Shown here: one piece after another, positions 28,515 to 39,218 of the stretch
Layout of the letters: every line of letters starts with the position of its first letter
How positions within the stretch are numbered: position 1 is the stretch's first letter
NCBI GenBank assembly: GCA_963801355.1
Contig: CAWDEM010000008.1
Location: forward strand, 1,024,001-1,088,000
Direction of reading: 5' to 3'
Source: Ignavibacteriota bacterium
GTDB taxonomy: Bacteria > Bacteroidota > Ignavibacteria > UBA10030 > UBA6906
Length of the DNA: 64,000 nt
Made by a program: the position numbers and the translations under genes
The notes under the pieces: generated by a model
Database searches by the model: none
Told to the model about the DNA's origin: nothing
What the model saw: only the letters and a program-made list of their open reading frames with translations

Positions 28515-31478
28515 TCATTTCAAAACCAGGAGCCTCCGGGTCTGCACAAAACTCTGCCCCGACTCCGCTGAAAGCCCATGTCCGTCGCTCTGTGACGGCC
28601 CGCCTGCGTTCATACGGTAGAAATACACCCCGCTGGAGAGTCCGGTAGCGTCAAACTTCACCTCGTAGATACCCGGCGATTTGTTCTCGTCCACAAGCAA
28701 GGCCACCTCGCGACCCAGTAGATCATATACAGCGAGCCGTACCCAGCTACTGCCTGTTGCCTCGTGCCTATTGCCTGTTCCCGCTACTGTGTAGCCTATC
28801 GTCGTGCTCGGGTTGAACGGGTTCGGATAGTTCTGTTCAAGTGCGTAGGTGAGCGGCACCTGGTCATCTTGATCCACTCCCGATGCCGGGGAGATCGTGA
28901 ACACACCGCTCACTGAAAACAGCGTAGTGTCATTCAACAGCCGCACGCGGACCGTGTACGTGGAGTCGGTGGCGAGACTCGCCCCCAACTTCCACTGGTA
29001 CCGTCCGGTATTCGCCGTGCTGTCATTGATTTTGGACGCGAAGACACTGTTCCTGTATAAACGGATGGAAACGATGGTGCCTACGTCCTTGAGGTTCGAA
29101 TCCCATCGTATAGATGCCGTGGCACCGGGTGCAAATTTGTCCCCCGGTTGAGGATTCGTTAAGGTGATGTATGGAGCGGCAGTGCTGAACCTGCCGACTG
29201 ACGACCAACCGCTTGTCCCCTGCTCGTTTCTCACACTCGCGCGCCAGAAGTACGATCCCCCCAGAACCGAGCCACCCCACAGGATAGCCGATGAACGCAT
29301 AGTCGAATCATCGATAAGAGGCGCACCGAACAGCGAATCGGTTGCGAGCTGAAGATGCGACCCGGTGAGGTGACCCGCCGGCAGCCAGCGGAGCAGTATC
29401 GGGAGTGACTGATTGACCTTCGTATCCTGCGCCGGCAGCGAGAGCACGGGGATGGGGGGAGCACTCACGCTCTCAGGCACGCCGATAATGTACTCCCCGA
29501 ACTTGCTCACCGTCACCGTGAGAGTCTGTTGCAGCGAATCATAAGTTGACGCAAGGGGCGCGAACGTGCCGGTTCCCTCGGCATCACGGGCATAGACCAC
29601 AGCATTCTTCCTGTTCGCGTAGGACGCCAGGGCAGTACTGTCAAAGGTCACATCGACCACAAACCCCGTGAACTGGATGTCGCTGATCACCCATTTGCGC
29701 GGCTCAACAAACGGCGGCAAACCGGCAAATGCAGGGCGCACGGGAGCCGAACCGTAGCGTTTGACCGACACCCTGTTGTACCCAGAACTCCCCTGCAGCA
29801 CGTACATCGACACTCCTGTCACGACCGAATCGCCGCGGTTGAAGGCATAAGTGTTTCCGGGTTGAACATCAAATGCATTCACCGAAGCGAGAGCTGTCGC
29901 GGGGGCAGCGGGCACGTATTTCGGGGTACGGTAACTTATCGTGCCGTCGAGAAATCTCATTTCAAACGCTATAGATTTGTCGGGCCTGACTTCAGTGAAG
30001 GCTTGTGCGCCGACACCCAAACCCGCTGCATTCCCCCATCCTATGACCGTATTCCCGTTGGGAAGCCGCTGCGCCGAACCCATCTGCGGCCCGAAGATAT
30101 CCGGTGTGTGCCTGTACTCCCAGACCAGAGTCGCAGTCTTGTTCACCTGATCGACGGCATATTCCACGGCGCGGGAGACCGGCGTCGGGTGGAGATTGCC
30201 GTTGTCGAAGAGAAGGAAGTTTCCGTTGGCCAGTCTCCGCAGATAGTGTGGGAACGTGAAGTAGTTCCCCGCATTGGCTGGATTCTCTCCGATGAACGTA
30301 AACTGGTTTCGCCTTCCTCCCATCCGCCACATCACCTCGCCGGTCATCCGGTTGATCTTGAGGATCTGGCAGGTGACTCTGAAGCATGCCAGGATGTTCC
30401 CATCGCTGTCAAGGTCGTACGCATTCACATGGATATAGTCAAACCCGGCGGAGGCAACATTGTTGTAGGTGTCCGATATCGGCACATAATCCCAGCTGCG
30501 CCACTGGAACACGACGTTCTTGGTGAGATCGAGCTCCTGGAGTATCGAGCCCACGACAATCGCGTTGGGATTTCCTCCCGTCACCACGCCGCTCAGATCC
30601 AGATACTGGATGTCGTATGCGTGGAGAAGTACATGGCCGTTGGGGAGCATCAGGAATTCATGCCCGTCGGCTTCATAGCCGTTGCCGCACCTGAAACTAT
30701 CCACCGGCACCAGTGTCGTATCCACAACATGGTGCACTACCCTCTCCCCACCCGCGTACACCCAGGGACTGTAGCCCTCAGCGTAGGAAAAGTATCCGTT
30801 TGATTGCTGTTTGAAATCCGTCGCGACATCCGGTGTCCGTTTGTACCTCACGACCTTCCCGTTGTTGTCCAGCAGGAATATGAAGTTCCCCTTCCCCGCA
30901 GCGGCAGTTTGTGTCGCCAGGAAGTAGTACCCGGGTGCCGGGTTGTTCGTCGTATCGACCTTGAACGTGGGGAAATCAGCAGGCAACGAATCAAGGACTG
31001 AGGATGTCTCGACCGGTAGCGGGACGCGGGGGATTGCCTGCCTGTTGATGTACTGCAGTTCGCCCTGCTCGTCCACATAGTAGGTCTCTGTAAGCGGCAC
31101 CCGAAGCTTCGTTGTTGTGAATGAGAATTCGCCCGGTTCCACCGGAGTGCCATCTGTAGTGATAACTCCTTCATGAAGAGCGACGCGCACTTCTTCACCC
31201 GGTTCCAGCGGCCGATCGGGAGTGAACAGCATTGTCTGTTCATCATCGGAGAGGGTGAACACCCCTTGGTGACGGCCGCTGGATGTTCCATTGACTTCCA
31301 GGAGCGAAGTCCGGACCGTGCCGCGATCGATGTCCGCATTGCACCGGAGGATGATGTTGGTGTGGAGGGAGACCATCGTTGATTGCGGCGCAGGCGACCT
31401 GTAGACGATGTGCTGCCCGTAGGACGGGAGTACGATGCCTACGGCAGCGAGACACAACAGCAAAGATGTACGAGTCAT
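28515..31478 (-). CDS. Aryl-sulfate sulfotransferase family protein with Ig-like domains and T9SS CTD
   Basis: DGHEF, FQWRSWD, DYIHVNA, WRMGG, FPH, LFDNG, SRAVEY, GSAQRLPNGNTVIGWG; QNYPNPFNP. Confidence 0.88.
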   Translation of the reverse strand: MTRTSLLLCLAAVGIVLPSYGQHIVYRSPAPQSTMVSLHTNIILRCNADIDRGTVRTSLLEVNGTSSGRHQGVFTLSDDEQTMLFTPDRPLEPGEEVRVALHEGVITTDGTPVEPGEFSFTTTKLRVPLTETYYVDEQGELQYINRQAIPRVPLPVETSSVLDSLPADFPTFKVDTTNNPAPGYYFLATQTAAAGKGNFIFLLDNNGKVVRYKRTPDVATDFKQQSNGYFSYAEGYSPWVYAGGERVVHHVVDTTLVPVDSFRCGNGYEADGHEFLMLPNGHVLLHAYDIQYLDLSGVVTGGNPNAIVVGSILQELDLTKNVVFQWRSWDYVPISDTYNNVASAGFDYIHVNAYDLDSDGNILACFRVTCQILKINRMTGEVMWRMGGRRNQFTFIGENPANAGNYFTFPHYLRRLANGNFLLFDNGNLHPTPVSRAVEYAVDQVNKTATLVWEYRHTPDIFGPQMGSAQRLPNGNTVIGWGNAAGLGVGAQAFTEVRPDKSIAFEMRFLDGTISYRTPKYVPAAPATALASVNAFDVQPGNTYAFNRGDSVVTGVSMYVLQGSSGYNRVSVKRYGSAPVRPAFAGLPPFVEPRKWVISDIQFTGFVVDVTFDSTALASYANRKNAVVYARDAEGTGTFAPLASTYDSLQQTLTVTVSKFGEYIIGVPESVSAPPIPVLSLPAQDTKVNQSLPILLRWLPAGHLTGSHLQLATDSLFGAPLIDDSTMRSSAILWGGSVLGGSYFWRASVRNEQGTSGWSSVGRFSTAAPYITLTNPQPGDKFAPGATASIRWDSNLKDVGTIVSIRLYRNSVFASKINDSTANTGRYQWKLGASLATDSTYTVRVRLLNDTTLFSVSGVFTISPASGVDQDDQVPLTYALEQNYPNPFNPSTTIGYTVAGTGNRHEATGSSWVRLAVYDLLGREVALLVDENKSPGIYEVKFDATGLSSGVYFYRMNAGGPSQSDGHGLSAESGQSFVQTRRLLVLK

Positions 31479-31501
31479 ATGTTCCCCTTTCGCAGGCCGG
31501 C

Positions 31502-33964
31502 TCAACGAACCAGCACGATTTTCCGCACTTGAACAAACTGAGGCTTCCGACCGTCGCCGAGCGGACGGGCAATCATACGGCAGAAATAGAGGCCGCTGGC
31601 AAGATTCTCCGGATTCCATCTTAATGAATGCGTTCCCGCATCTCTGTTCTCATCCACGAGCAGCGCAATTTCTCGCCCCAGCTGATCGTACACGGCAATG
31701 CGCACATCACTCGCCTCCGGAAGCTGGTACTGCACGACTGTCGTTGGATTGAACGGATTGGGATAGTTCTGTTTCAGTGCAAAGTGTGTCGGAAGAGCAG
31801 CGACGTCATCATTCACAGAGTTGGCAGGATCCGGACAGGTACCGCGGAGGGCGATCTCCGCGGTGACGCCGACATAGGCCAGCCTTAGCGTGTCAACAGA
31901 GAGGCCGAAGGCGGTCGGCTTGAACCACACCGGAAGGCTTACGCTGTCGTTTGCGCCAAGAACTTTCGGCGTGATCGTCTGGACGCTGAACGGCGATCGC
32001 AGAGCCGCCGTGCTCTGCAGCGTGATCGAGTGGGCGGCAGGGTTCTGAATGGTGATCGTGCGCATCGCGGAGTCCCCACGGGCCACCTTACCGAAATCCA
32101 ACGCAGATGGAGTGAACACGAGCTTCGCAGGTGCGGAATGCCCGGTCAGGATGACGCTCTGCATAATCCCGATCGTGGTGTCCACGCTCCAGATCTCCAG
32201 TGTGTCACTGAACGCGCCGAGGACCTGAGGATGGAATGTCAGCGTAAGTGCGACGCTGTCATACGCCGGCAGCATGACGGGCGTCGCTGTGCCCGCAGAA
32301 AAAGAGGCGGACCCGAGCTCGAGCGAGGTAAGAATGATTTCCTGGTCAGTAGGATTCCGCAGGGCAAGGGAAACCGAGCAGGAGTCACCGAGGAAACAGT
32401 CCGGAAATGCGAGTGTGTCAAGAGCAGGAACAAATGCCGTCGTCTTCCAGGGAAAACTGTAGATACGGTACGTGTAGACGATTTCGGGGAGGTCCATTTC
32501 AAACTGCACATCCCCTTGTGCGGTCACTTCGGTTGCTGTCGGATTGGCCGAGCCCCACCCTATCAGCGTATTCCCGTCCGGAAGCCTTTGTGAATACCCC
32601 AGGGCCCACCCCTCGATGTCCGGCGTCGGACGGTACTGCCACACCAGCGTTGCGATCTTGTTCTCCTCGTCGAGCGCGTACTCCACGGCGCGCGAGAACA
32701 TCCGGAACGTGCCGTTGTCAAAGAGCAGCACATTCCCGTTTGGAAGCCGGCGGATAGCATGCTGGTACTCGAAACCGATCGGATCGTTGACAATGGTGAA
32801 CTGATTGTTCTTTCCGCCCCATCGCCAGATGATATCGCCGGTCTCGCGATTGATTTTCGTGATCTCATTCATATTGCGCGAAGAGATCATGAGGTTTCCG
32901 TCGGGATCGATTTCGATGGCATTGCCATGGACGTAGTCGATATCGGCTGCTGTCAGGTCTTCCGTGGTGGCATCGGTGATGAGGAAATGATCCCAGCTGC
33001 GCCATTCAAACACCACATTCTTCTCCCGGTCAAGCTCCTGGACGATCAACCCGGTGACAAACGCCTCGGGGTTCCCTCCCGGGACGATCGTATCCATTCT
33101 GACAAACTGGCGATCATAGCTCATAAGGAATGCGTGGCCGTCCGGCATCACGCGCAGTTCATGCTCATTGGTGTAGTAGCCGTTGCCACACGAGTAATCG
33201 TTCACGCCCTTGTAGCAACTGTCCATCGCCACGAAGTAAGCGAGGTCCTCGTCGTAGTATGTGAGAGTGCCGTTGGGTTGGACCTTGAAATCCCACCCGT
33301 GCACGCGTTTGTAGAACTGCGGTGTCCCGTTCCGGTTCAGGATCACTATGTAGGGCGCGCTGCTGTCGGGGCCCCAGGGGAAGGTTCCCAGAAAAACCGG
33401 GTCGCGTGAGGCACCCAGATCCTTGAGAATGCGGATGGCTGGAAAATCCTGTGGCAGATGGTGGGGACGCGCGGAGAGGAATGGGGAGACCGGGGTTGCC
33501 TTGCGCGGTACAGGTGTTCCGGGAGGCCGCCCATCCGTTGATGCCAGCGGTGAAGCATGTACCGCCGGCGGCGCATGGGATCCCCGTATGGTAAAGCTGA
33601 ACAGCCAGGGGGGCACCGCAGCTCCCGTGATCGCCTGCATCCCGGCTCGGATCTCGACTTCGATCCGCTCCCCCTCCAGAAACTCCACATCCGGTCTGAA
33701 GATCACGGTCCGCTGATCGTCAGAGAGCACAACAGTCCCGCGGTGAACGCCGCTGAGTGAGCCCACAACCCGGAAGCAGTTGCTGGTCAGCGACCGGATA
33801 TCCAACAGTTCTGCGCAGAAGCGGATCGCGATTGTTGTCCGGGGGTTGACCATCGTTGCGTTCGGACGCGGGGACACATACAGATAGGGGGACGAAGCAT
33901 CTGACTGTGCACAAAACACAGCGACGGTACAGAGCAGCGAAGGGAGCGAGCGTCGGAGGTCCAT
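31502..33964 (-). CDS. Second aryl-sulfate sulfotransferase paralog with two ASH/choice-of-anchor D Ig domains and T9SS CTD
   Basis: NEHEL, FEWRSWD, DYVHGNA, YQH, LFDNG, SRAVEY; LDFG.V..G...TITIQN Ig repeats; QNYPNPFNP. Confidence 0.88.
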   Translation of the reverse strand: MDLRRSLPSLLCTVAVFCAQSDASSPYLYVSPRPNATMVNPRTTIAIRFCAELLDIRSLTSNCFRVVGSLSGVHRGTVVLSDDQRTVIFRPDVEFLEGERIEVEIRAGMQAITGAAVPPWLFSFTIRGSHAPPAVHASPLASTDGRPPGTPVPRKATPVSPFLSARPHHLPQDFPAIRILKDLGASRDPVFLGTFPWGPDSSAPYIVILNRNGTPQFYKRVHGWDFKVQPNGTLTYYDEDLAYFVAMDSCYKGVNDYSCGNGYYTNEHELRVMPDGHAFLMSYDRQFVRMDTIVPGGNPEAFVTGLIVQELDREKNVVFEWRSWDHFLITDATTEDLTAADIDYVHGNAIEIDPDGNLMISSRNMNEITKINRETGDIIWRWGGKNNQFTIVNDPIGFEYQHAIRRLPNGNVLLFDNGTFRMFSRAVEYALDEENKIATLVWQYRPTPDIEGWALGYSQRLPDGNTLIGWGSANPTATEVTAQGDVQFEMDLPEIVYTYRIYSFPWKTTAFVPALDTLAFPDCFLGDSCSVSLALRNPTDQEIILTSLELGSASFSAGTATPVMLPAYDSVALTLTFHPQVLGAFSDTLEIWSVDTTIGIMQSVILTGHSAPAKLVFTPSALDFGKVARGDSAMRTITIQNPAAHSITLQSTAALRSPFSVQTITPKVLGANDSVSLPVWFKPTAFGLSVDTLRLAYVGVTAEIALRGTCPDPANSVNDDVAALPTHFALKQNYPNPFNPTTVVQYQLPEASDVRIAVYDQLGREIALLVDENRDAGTHSLRWNPENLASGLYFCRMIARPLGDGRKPQFVQVRKIVLVR

Positions 33965-34069
33965 TTATGGGGGGCATTCTAAGATAAGGTTCGATCCAAT
34001 ATACGATGCAGTCCAGAGATTTGCCAGGGGGTAGTCTATGCGACAGATCCCTTCAATTACACACATAGG

Positions 34070-34417
34070 TCACACGGGCTTGTGCAATTGCAAAAGCGTC
34101 ACTGCGCTGATCAGTGGAGTCAGCGCCATCAACGCAACGTATGCCACTAATCCCTCTTCTTTGGGATGCGAAGGATATCGTTCAATGATCATCCAACTAG
34201 CGAGTCCCAGCCATATTATATTGCCGACCAATGCAGTAAGTTTCATGCCACGGCTGGGGGAAGACAACACGCTAATCACCACAACGTTGAATATTGGTAT
34301 CAAAAAGGGGATCAACGACAGATAAATATCGGTGCCCTCTGGAGGTCCATCGGTCACCATGACCATGCAAAAGAATCCCCAAAACAGGACGTTGCAGACA
34401 ACTGCCACAATTTTCAT
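34070..34417 (-). CDS. Small 4-TM membrane protein
   Basis: Four hydrophobic segments; SD GAGGAGG before ATG 34417. Confidence 0.7.
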   Translation of the reverse strand: MKIVAVVCNVLFWGFFCMVMVTDGPPEGTDIYLSLIPFLIPIFNVVVISVLSSPSRGMKLTALVGNIIWLGLASWMIIERYPSHPKEEGLVAYVALMALTPLISAVTLLQLHKPV

Positions 34418-34494
34418 GAGAGTCCTCCTCGCAGAAATTGTGCGCCAAACGCATGATTGCAGTCGCCACTTACCATCGGTGGTCGCCAGAAATT

Positions 34495-34983
34495 TCAATC
34501 AAACAGTCTCTGAGGAGCCGCCTGATCCGGACCAACGCGTCCAATGCTGATGTTTGCTTTGAAGTAATTCTCACCCCTGATTGGAGATCCAAAGAGATGC
34601 CTGAGCATGGCAAGTTGTCCCACATGCGTCAACGCATCGGCAACAGGGCCTTGCAACAATTTCTCCAGGGAGCATGCGATCGTCAGCGACTCTGCCAGCG
34701 TACTGTCGAATTCTTTAAGGCAACCGTGGAAACGGGAAACCTCAGCGTCCCAGTCCATGGGAGGAGAGTCCCTCCAGACTTCCTTCCCCAGTGCCATCGA
34801 GCACGCCCAATCGAAAAGATCGCCCATGTGAGCCAGGATTTCAACAGGAGTCCTGGAACCCACCTTGATTCGAAACGTCCCAAAACCAACTGGGGCATCT
34901 TGAAGTATCTTGGATCCCCGATAGGCTACGGTCGCCACAGCATGGCGAAGCATTGCTATTTCAGAGTTCACTCCGGATGACAT
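34495..34983 (-). CDS. DinB/YfiT-like four-helix protein
   Basis: LRH..AT.AYR, ILAHMGDL, DALTHVGQLAMLR. Confidence 0.75.
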   Translation of the reverse strand: MSSGVNSEIAMLRHAVATVAYRGSKILQDAPVGFGTFRIKVGSRTPVEILAHMGDLFDWACSMALGKEVWRDSPPMDWDAEVSRFHGCLKEFDSTLAESLTIACSLEKLLQGPVADALTHVGQLAMLRHLFGSPIRGENYFKANISIGRVGPDQAAPQRLFD

Positions 34984-35010
34984 ATTCCTCCCTGATACGC
35001 GTTCAAATCT

Positions 35011-35445
35011 CTAAATCACTTCCACGAGTGCCCGGACCACGCCATAGATGATCCAGGCAGCTGTACCGCCCCACAGCACACGCCGCCACCAACGCCTTTG
35101 TGCGAGCAATACAATGCGTCTTCCGGTACCTGCCTCCGCCGCTAGTGCAACGCACGACACGATCATTCCGGCAAGAACAAACGGGCCAAGCAGGTGGAAA
35201 TGCACCGATGCCAGAATGTCGCCATGAGCTGCCGCCTCAAGGGAGCGGGTAATCCCGCAGGTCAGACAATCGACGCCTGTGAGCTCCCGAAACAGACAAG
35301 TGGGCAACAGAGCCTCGGCTCGCGGCAACAGGAGAATTGCTCCCACTGCAGCCGCGAGGGCGAGACCTACACCGGCTCTGAACAGACGGGCGTCACGAGG
35401 AAGCACACTCGAAGGCGATGTCATGAATATTTCGTCCTTGATCAC
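35011..35445 (-). CDS. DUF2752-type membrane protein
   Basis: CLFRELTGVDCLTCGITRS...HG motif flanked by TM segments. Confidence 0.8.
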   Translation of the reverse strand: MIKDEIFMTSPSSVLPRDARLFRAGVGLALAAAVGAILLLPRAEALLPTCLFRELTGVDCLTCGITRSLEAAAHGDILASVHFHLLGPFVLAGMIVSCVALAAEAGTGRRIVLLAQRRWWRRVLWGGTAAWIIYGVVRALVEVI

Positions 35446-36386
35446 GGCAATGGAAGTCCTGTGATGACACCGCCCTGATCAGTCTTTGGAAAGAGCTGGT
35501 ATTCCGCACCGAATTGCTCCAGGAACTCGACGCTCAGAGCACGCAGTGTATACGACACCGGAAGCAAGACGACCGATGATATGTAAGGAATGAGCACGAA
35601 GATGAATCCAATGCAGCACGTAAAGATACCCACGATGATGACTCCCAGCACTATGAGGATTTTCAGCACAAGAATAAACAACCCGTATCCGACGAATGTC
35701 AGAATATGCCTGCCGAAGAGCGGAAGAAACACGCCCCAACCGGCCAGCACTTTGATCCTGGAGCGATACATGATTGGAACGACGAAGTCCAGCAGGAGCA
35801 AATTCAGGTATTTGAACAGAACGAAAATCGCAATCAACCCGAGTACCATGAACACAACGGGGGGAATGAGGGCTGACCAGTCCCACGTCTGCTCATACAC
35901 CGCGACGAGCGCCGAATAGCAGTACATCAGGTATGGAAGAACAGCAACAAGCACGAGGAGACCGAGTACGATTCGCCAGAGAAAGAGCGAGTTCGCTTCC
36001 CTTCTGTATTCATACCATGGTTTTGCGACCTGTGCGCGATCGTGCACAACGTTATCCAGGAACATGAATTTTCCTCTGGAACTCAGCCACGTGAAGATGA
36101 CTGCGAGGACCAAGATCAGGGCACTTCCGACAATGATCAGAGGAATCCATTGCGGGTGATCGAAAAGCCATTGCATGGCGTACCGGGGCAAATAGAGCAA
36201 ATCTTCCCAATCGCCATTCCCCGCGCGTCCTTGTCCACCCCCTCCACCTTTATCGAAATCCATCAGATTGGCGAGAAAGGCGGTGAACCCCACGACGAAC
36301 CATTTTCTTAGGTCGAAGGGATCGAAGAGCGCCTTCTTCATCCGTTTGTACGCACGGGAGAGAGGTTCGAAGAAGCGGATGTCCAT
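35442..36386 (-). CDS. Multi-pass membrane protein of unknown function
   Basis: SD AAGGAGG, several TM helices, IFTCCIG motif. Confidence 0.75.
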   Translation of the reverse strand: MDIRFFEPLSRAYKRMKKALFDPFDLRKWFVVGFTAFLANLMDFDKGGGGGQGRAGNGDWEDLLYLPRYAMQWLFDHPQWIPLIIVGSALILVLAVIFTWLSSRGKFMFLDNVVHDRAQVAKPWYEYRREANSLFLWRIVLGLLVLVAVLPYLMYCYSALVAVYEQTWDWSALIPPVVFMVLGLIAIFVLFKYLNLLLLDFVVPIMYRSRIKVLAGWGVFLPLFGRHILTFVGYGLFILVLKILIVLGVIIVGIFTCCIGFIFVLIPYISSVVLLPVSYTLRALSVEFLEQFGAEYQLFPKTDQGGVITGLPLP

Positions 36387-36517
36387 TGGATCCTCCTTTT
36401 GACTATCCATGAGCTGAAGAATATTTCCCGCAGATGCCGGCCGATTGTCCTCATTGAAGCTGAATCGAACAACAATGATTGCCTCGAGGATCCGGAGTCT
36501 GGGCGAGCGCCACTCGA

Positions 36518-37465
36518 CTACTGTCCGCCGAATTTGATTGTGGTTCCACTGGCTGGCCATCGGCAGCGACCCGGAAAAACACCAGCCAACTCAGAGTAAG
36601 CTTTCACACCAGTGCAGTGCGACAGCATAATCTTCTGCACATCATACTTTCGCAGGGCCTCCACTGTCTTCTGCATTCGCGCGGGAGATGCACCCAGCAA
36701 ATGCGTGCCACCCATGACCGCATAGATCCGCTGCTCGCCGGTCAGCTCACTAACGTAAGCCATCGTGTTGACCAACCCGGCGTGACCGCACCCGAGCAGT
36801 ATCACTACGCCCTCGGGAACACGGAAGAACAAAGCCTGATCGTCCAATATCGGATCCGGGGTTGTCATTTTCTCGTCCAGGAAGGCATACTCGCGAACGC
36901 CAGTATCTTCAAAGTCGGTCACACGGGGGATCTGTCCGGTGACCATCAGACCCCCGGGAATGCGAGTTGGTGCGATTGTTTCGGTGAGTTTGCGGACTCG
37001 TGGAAGCAGTTGCTCCCGGGAAAACGGCAAGCGATGGGCCAGTGCACCGGTCTGTAGCTTCCAGTACCTCGTCTCGAAGCCGGCTGGATGGACGAACAGA
37101 TCCACAGGGCCGCAGGCATTCAGGGCGTCCCCCAATCCTCCTGTGTGGTCTCCGTGCTCATGGCTGATGACGATGGCATCTGTCTTACCCAGGTTCACAT
37201 CCAGGGCGCGGGCGTTCCCAAGGAAGACTTGTCCTCCCCCGGCGTCAAGGAGGATCTGATGCTGGTCGGTCTCGATCAGGAAGGAGAGACCCCACTCGCC
37301 AAGCACGGAGTCCCCACCAGCCATGTTGTCCACGAGCACGGTGACACTCACACGGGGAAGCACTTCCAGAGCTTCCCTTGCCCCTGAAACCCCATGCAGC
37401 GATTGCGCCTGTGCTGAGCTGGCGAAAATAAGCGCAAACATGCCAAGTTTCCAGTGCCTGTTCAT
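36518..37465 (-). CDS. MBL-fold metallo-hydrolase (DHPS-like/COG1237 type)
   Basis: GEWGLS, ILLDAG, SHEHGDHTGG, GCGHAG, GGTHL, SHCTG. Confidence 0.88.
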   Translation of the reverse strand: MNRHWKLGMFALIFASSAQAQSLHGVSGAREALEVLPRVSVTVLVDNMAGGDSVLGEWGLSFLIETDQHQILLDAGGGQVFLGNARALDVNLGKTDAIVISHEHGDHTGGLGDALNACGPVDLFVHPAGFETRYWKLQTGALAHRLPFSREQLLPRVRKLTETIAPTRIPGGLMVTGQIPRVTDFEDTGVREYAFLDEKMTTPDPILDDQALFFRVPEGVVILLGCGHAGLVNTMAYVSELTGEQRIYAVMGGTHLLGASPARMQKTVEALRKYDVQKIMLSHCTGVKAYSELAGVFPGRCRWPASGTTIKFGGQ

Positions 37466-37916
37466 GATTCTCCTCGCTAGAGCTGCACCTGATATACGGC
37501 GGGGGAAGAAGATTGTTCCCAGGACAATTGGGACCTGCCGGGCTTGACCTGTAGAAGCACACTTGCTCAAACGATTGGCGCCACCCCGACGAATCATCCG
37601 TCGACGAGATCGCATGATTTCCCTTGTGGGAGTGAAGGTGGGAACAAGATAGCGCAGTCATCCAGGATAGTCAAGGTGATCACCCCTGGCGATTCCTGTC
37701 TGGCGATTCCTGTCGATTCCTGATTCGCGATTCCAGCCGACATTACGGCCGGTATCGGCCTTTTGGGGGTTATCCCGTGAGCAAGATGCTGTTTGGGGTG
37801 ATCCCGTGATCAAGATGCAGAAAGAGTATGATCCCCACTCGGAACGGAGAGGACCCGGCAGCAATCCCGGGCCCTCTGGCCACCAGTTCATGTCCTCTTG
37901 AGAAGTGGGTATAGAG

Positions 37917-39218
37917 CTATTTCAACAAAGTCATTTTCTTCGTGAGCACTGTGCTCCCCGCCTGAATCCTGTAGAAGTAGGTACCGGCAGCCACACCATT
38001 CGCATCCCATGTGGCAACATAACGGCCGGCAGTCATGTTGTCGTCCACCAGCGTCGCGATCTCCTGGCCCAGATTGTTGTACACCTTCAGTGTCACCCGG
38101 CTGTCTGCGGGGACTGCATAGGAGATGTTGGTTGTGGGGTTGAAGGGGTTTGGATAGTTCTGGTCGAGAGCGAACTCGGTAGGAGCTCCTGTTAAAGCGT
38201 TGAGTTCGGCGAGCTCGTCATCCGTAGCTCCGTCCTTCCAGAAGGCAAATATCGGACCGGCAGGCGGCGGACCGTTCTTCATGTTCTTCCCGGACGTTAC
38301 ACAGGGTTAGCATGAGCTGTCTGCGGTAGACTGGTTCCACCTGCTTGATCGCAAGCCTGATGAATCCTGCAATCTTCTCGGGATCGAAGTTGGGAGATTT
38401 CTGCGGTATTCCATGCCAAGACATCATGAAGGAACATTTGGGCAAGGCCTATCGTCTGGGTCGAGAGTTGCTCGATAAGCTGCGGCTCTGGCAAGAGGAA
38501 GAGCTGACCGTACTGCATCATCTGCTGTCTGTATGATTTTTCAGCTTTAACAAACTCTCTTGGTTTGGGACAACCCTGGATGGAGCCAAAGACTCCGGCC
38601 AATACCAGAGGCACTTCATCGCTACGATTGTTCGCCGCAAGGTACAGGCGCGCTCCAGCCAACGGGTCCACACATCGTCTAACAAGTATATCTACTGCTG
38701 TCTCTATTAGAGTATGTCCCACGACCGGCAGAAAAGCAGCGCCAGCCTCGGGGCCTAGGAGATCGTAGACGTAGCCTTCAATCATCCGGATTCCCAACCA
38801 ATGTGGCTCCCTGATCAATAACCCAACCTGTAGGATCAGGTTGATCGCCCGGAATCGGATAGATTCCGTGGGCATACGAATCGGCGCCCCTCAGACTTGC
38901 ATCGATGTTGTTGTGCGTGAAGGCCCCGTAGAACGCAGCTTTCGCGTTGCGGGTTGACGCCGATTGCCAGAGCCCCCAGTAGACATCTGCGTTCGTGTGG
39001 AACAAGTAGTCTGCCGTGAATCCGGCCTCAGTGAAATTGTAGCCGAATAGGTCCGGCAGAACTGCACCGTACATCTCGTTCTGGTTCATTGGACCGAGCA
39101 TCACGCCAAGGTTGTTGGCGAAGTACACGTGAGTCAACGACCCCCATCCAAACCCAGCCGACACCCCTACGATAAGGAGGAGACTCACGCAAGCAAGTTT
39201 GAAGACCGAAGTGCGCAT
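37917..39218 (-). pseudogene. Zinc-dependent phospholipase C-like secreted protein with T9SS CTD, three frameshifts
   Basis: Signal peptide then WGSLTH, YGAVLPD, H...H...AD..AH, and H..IE..VD. Pieces lie in successive frames and end in QNYPNPFNP...TKKMTLLK. Confidence 0.7.

Noticed and set aside
29862-30803. Long antisense ORFs (also 3121..3867, 55015..55959 and many others)
   Set aside because: Shadow ORFs of GC-rich genes on the opposite strand, with no protein motifs.
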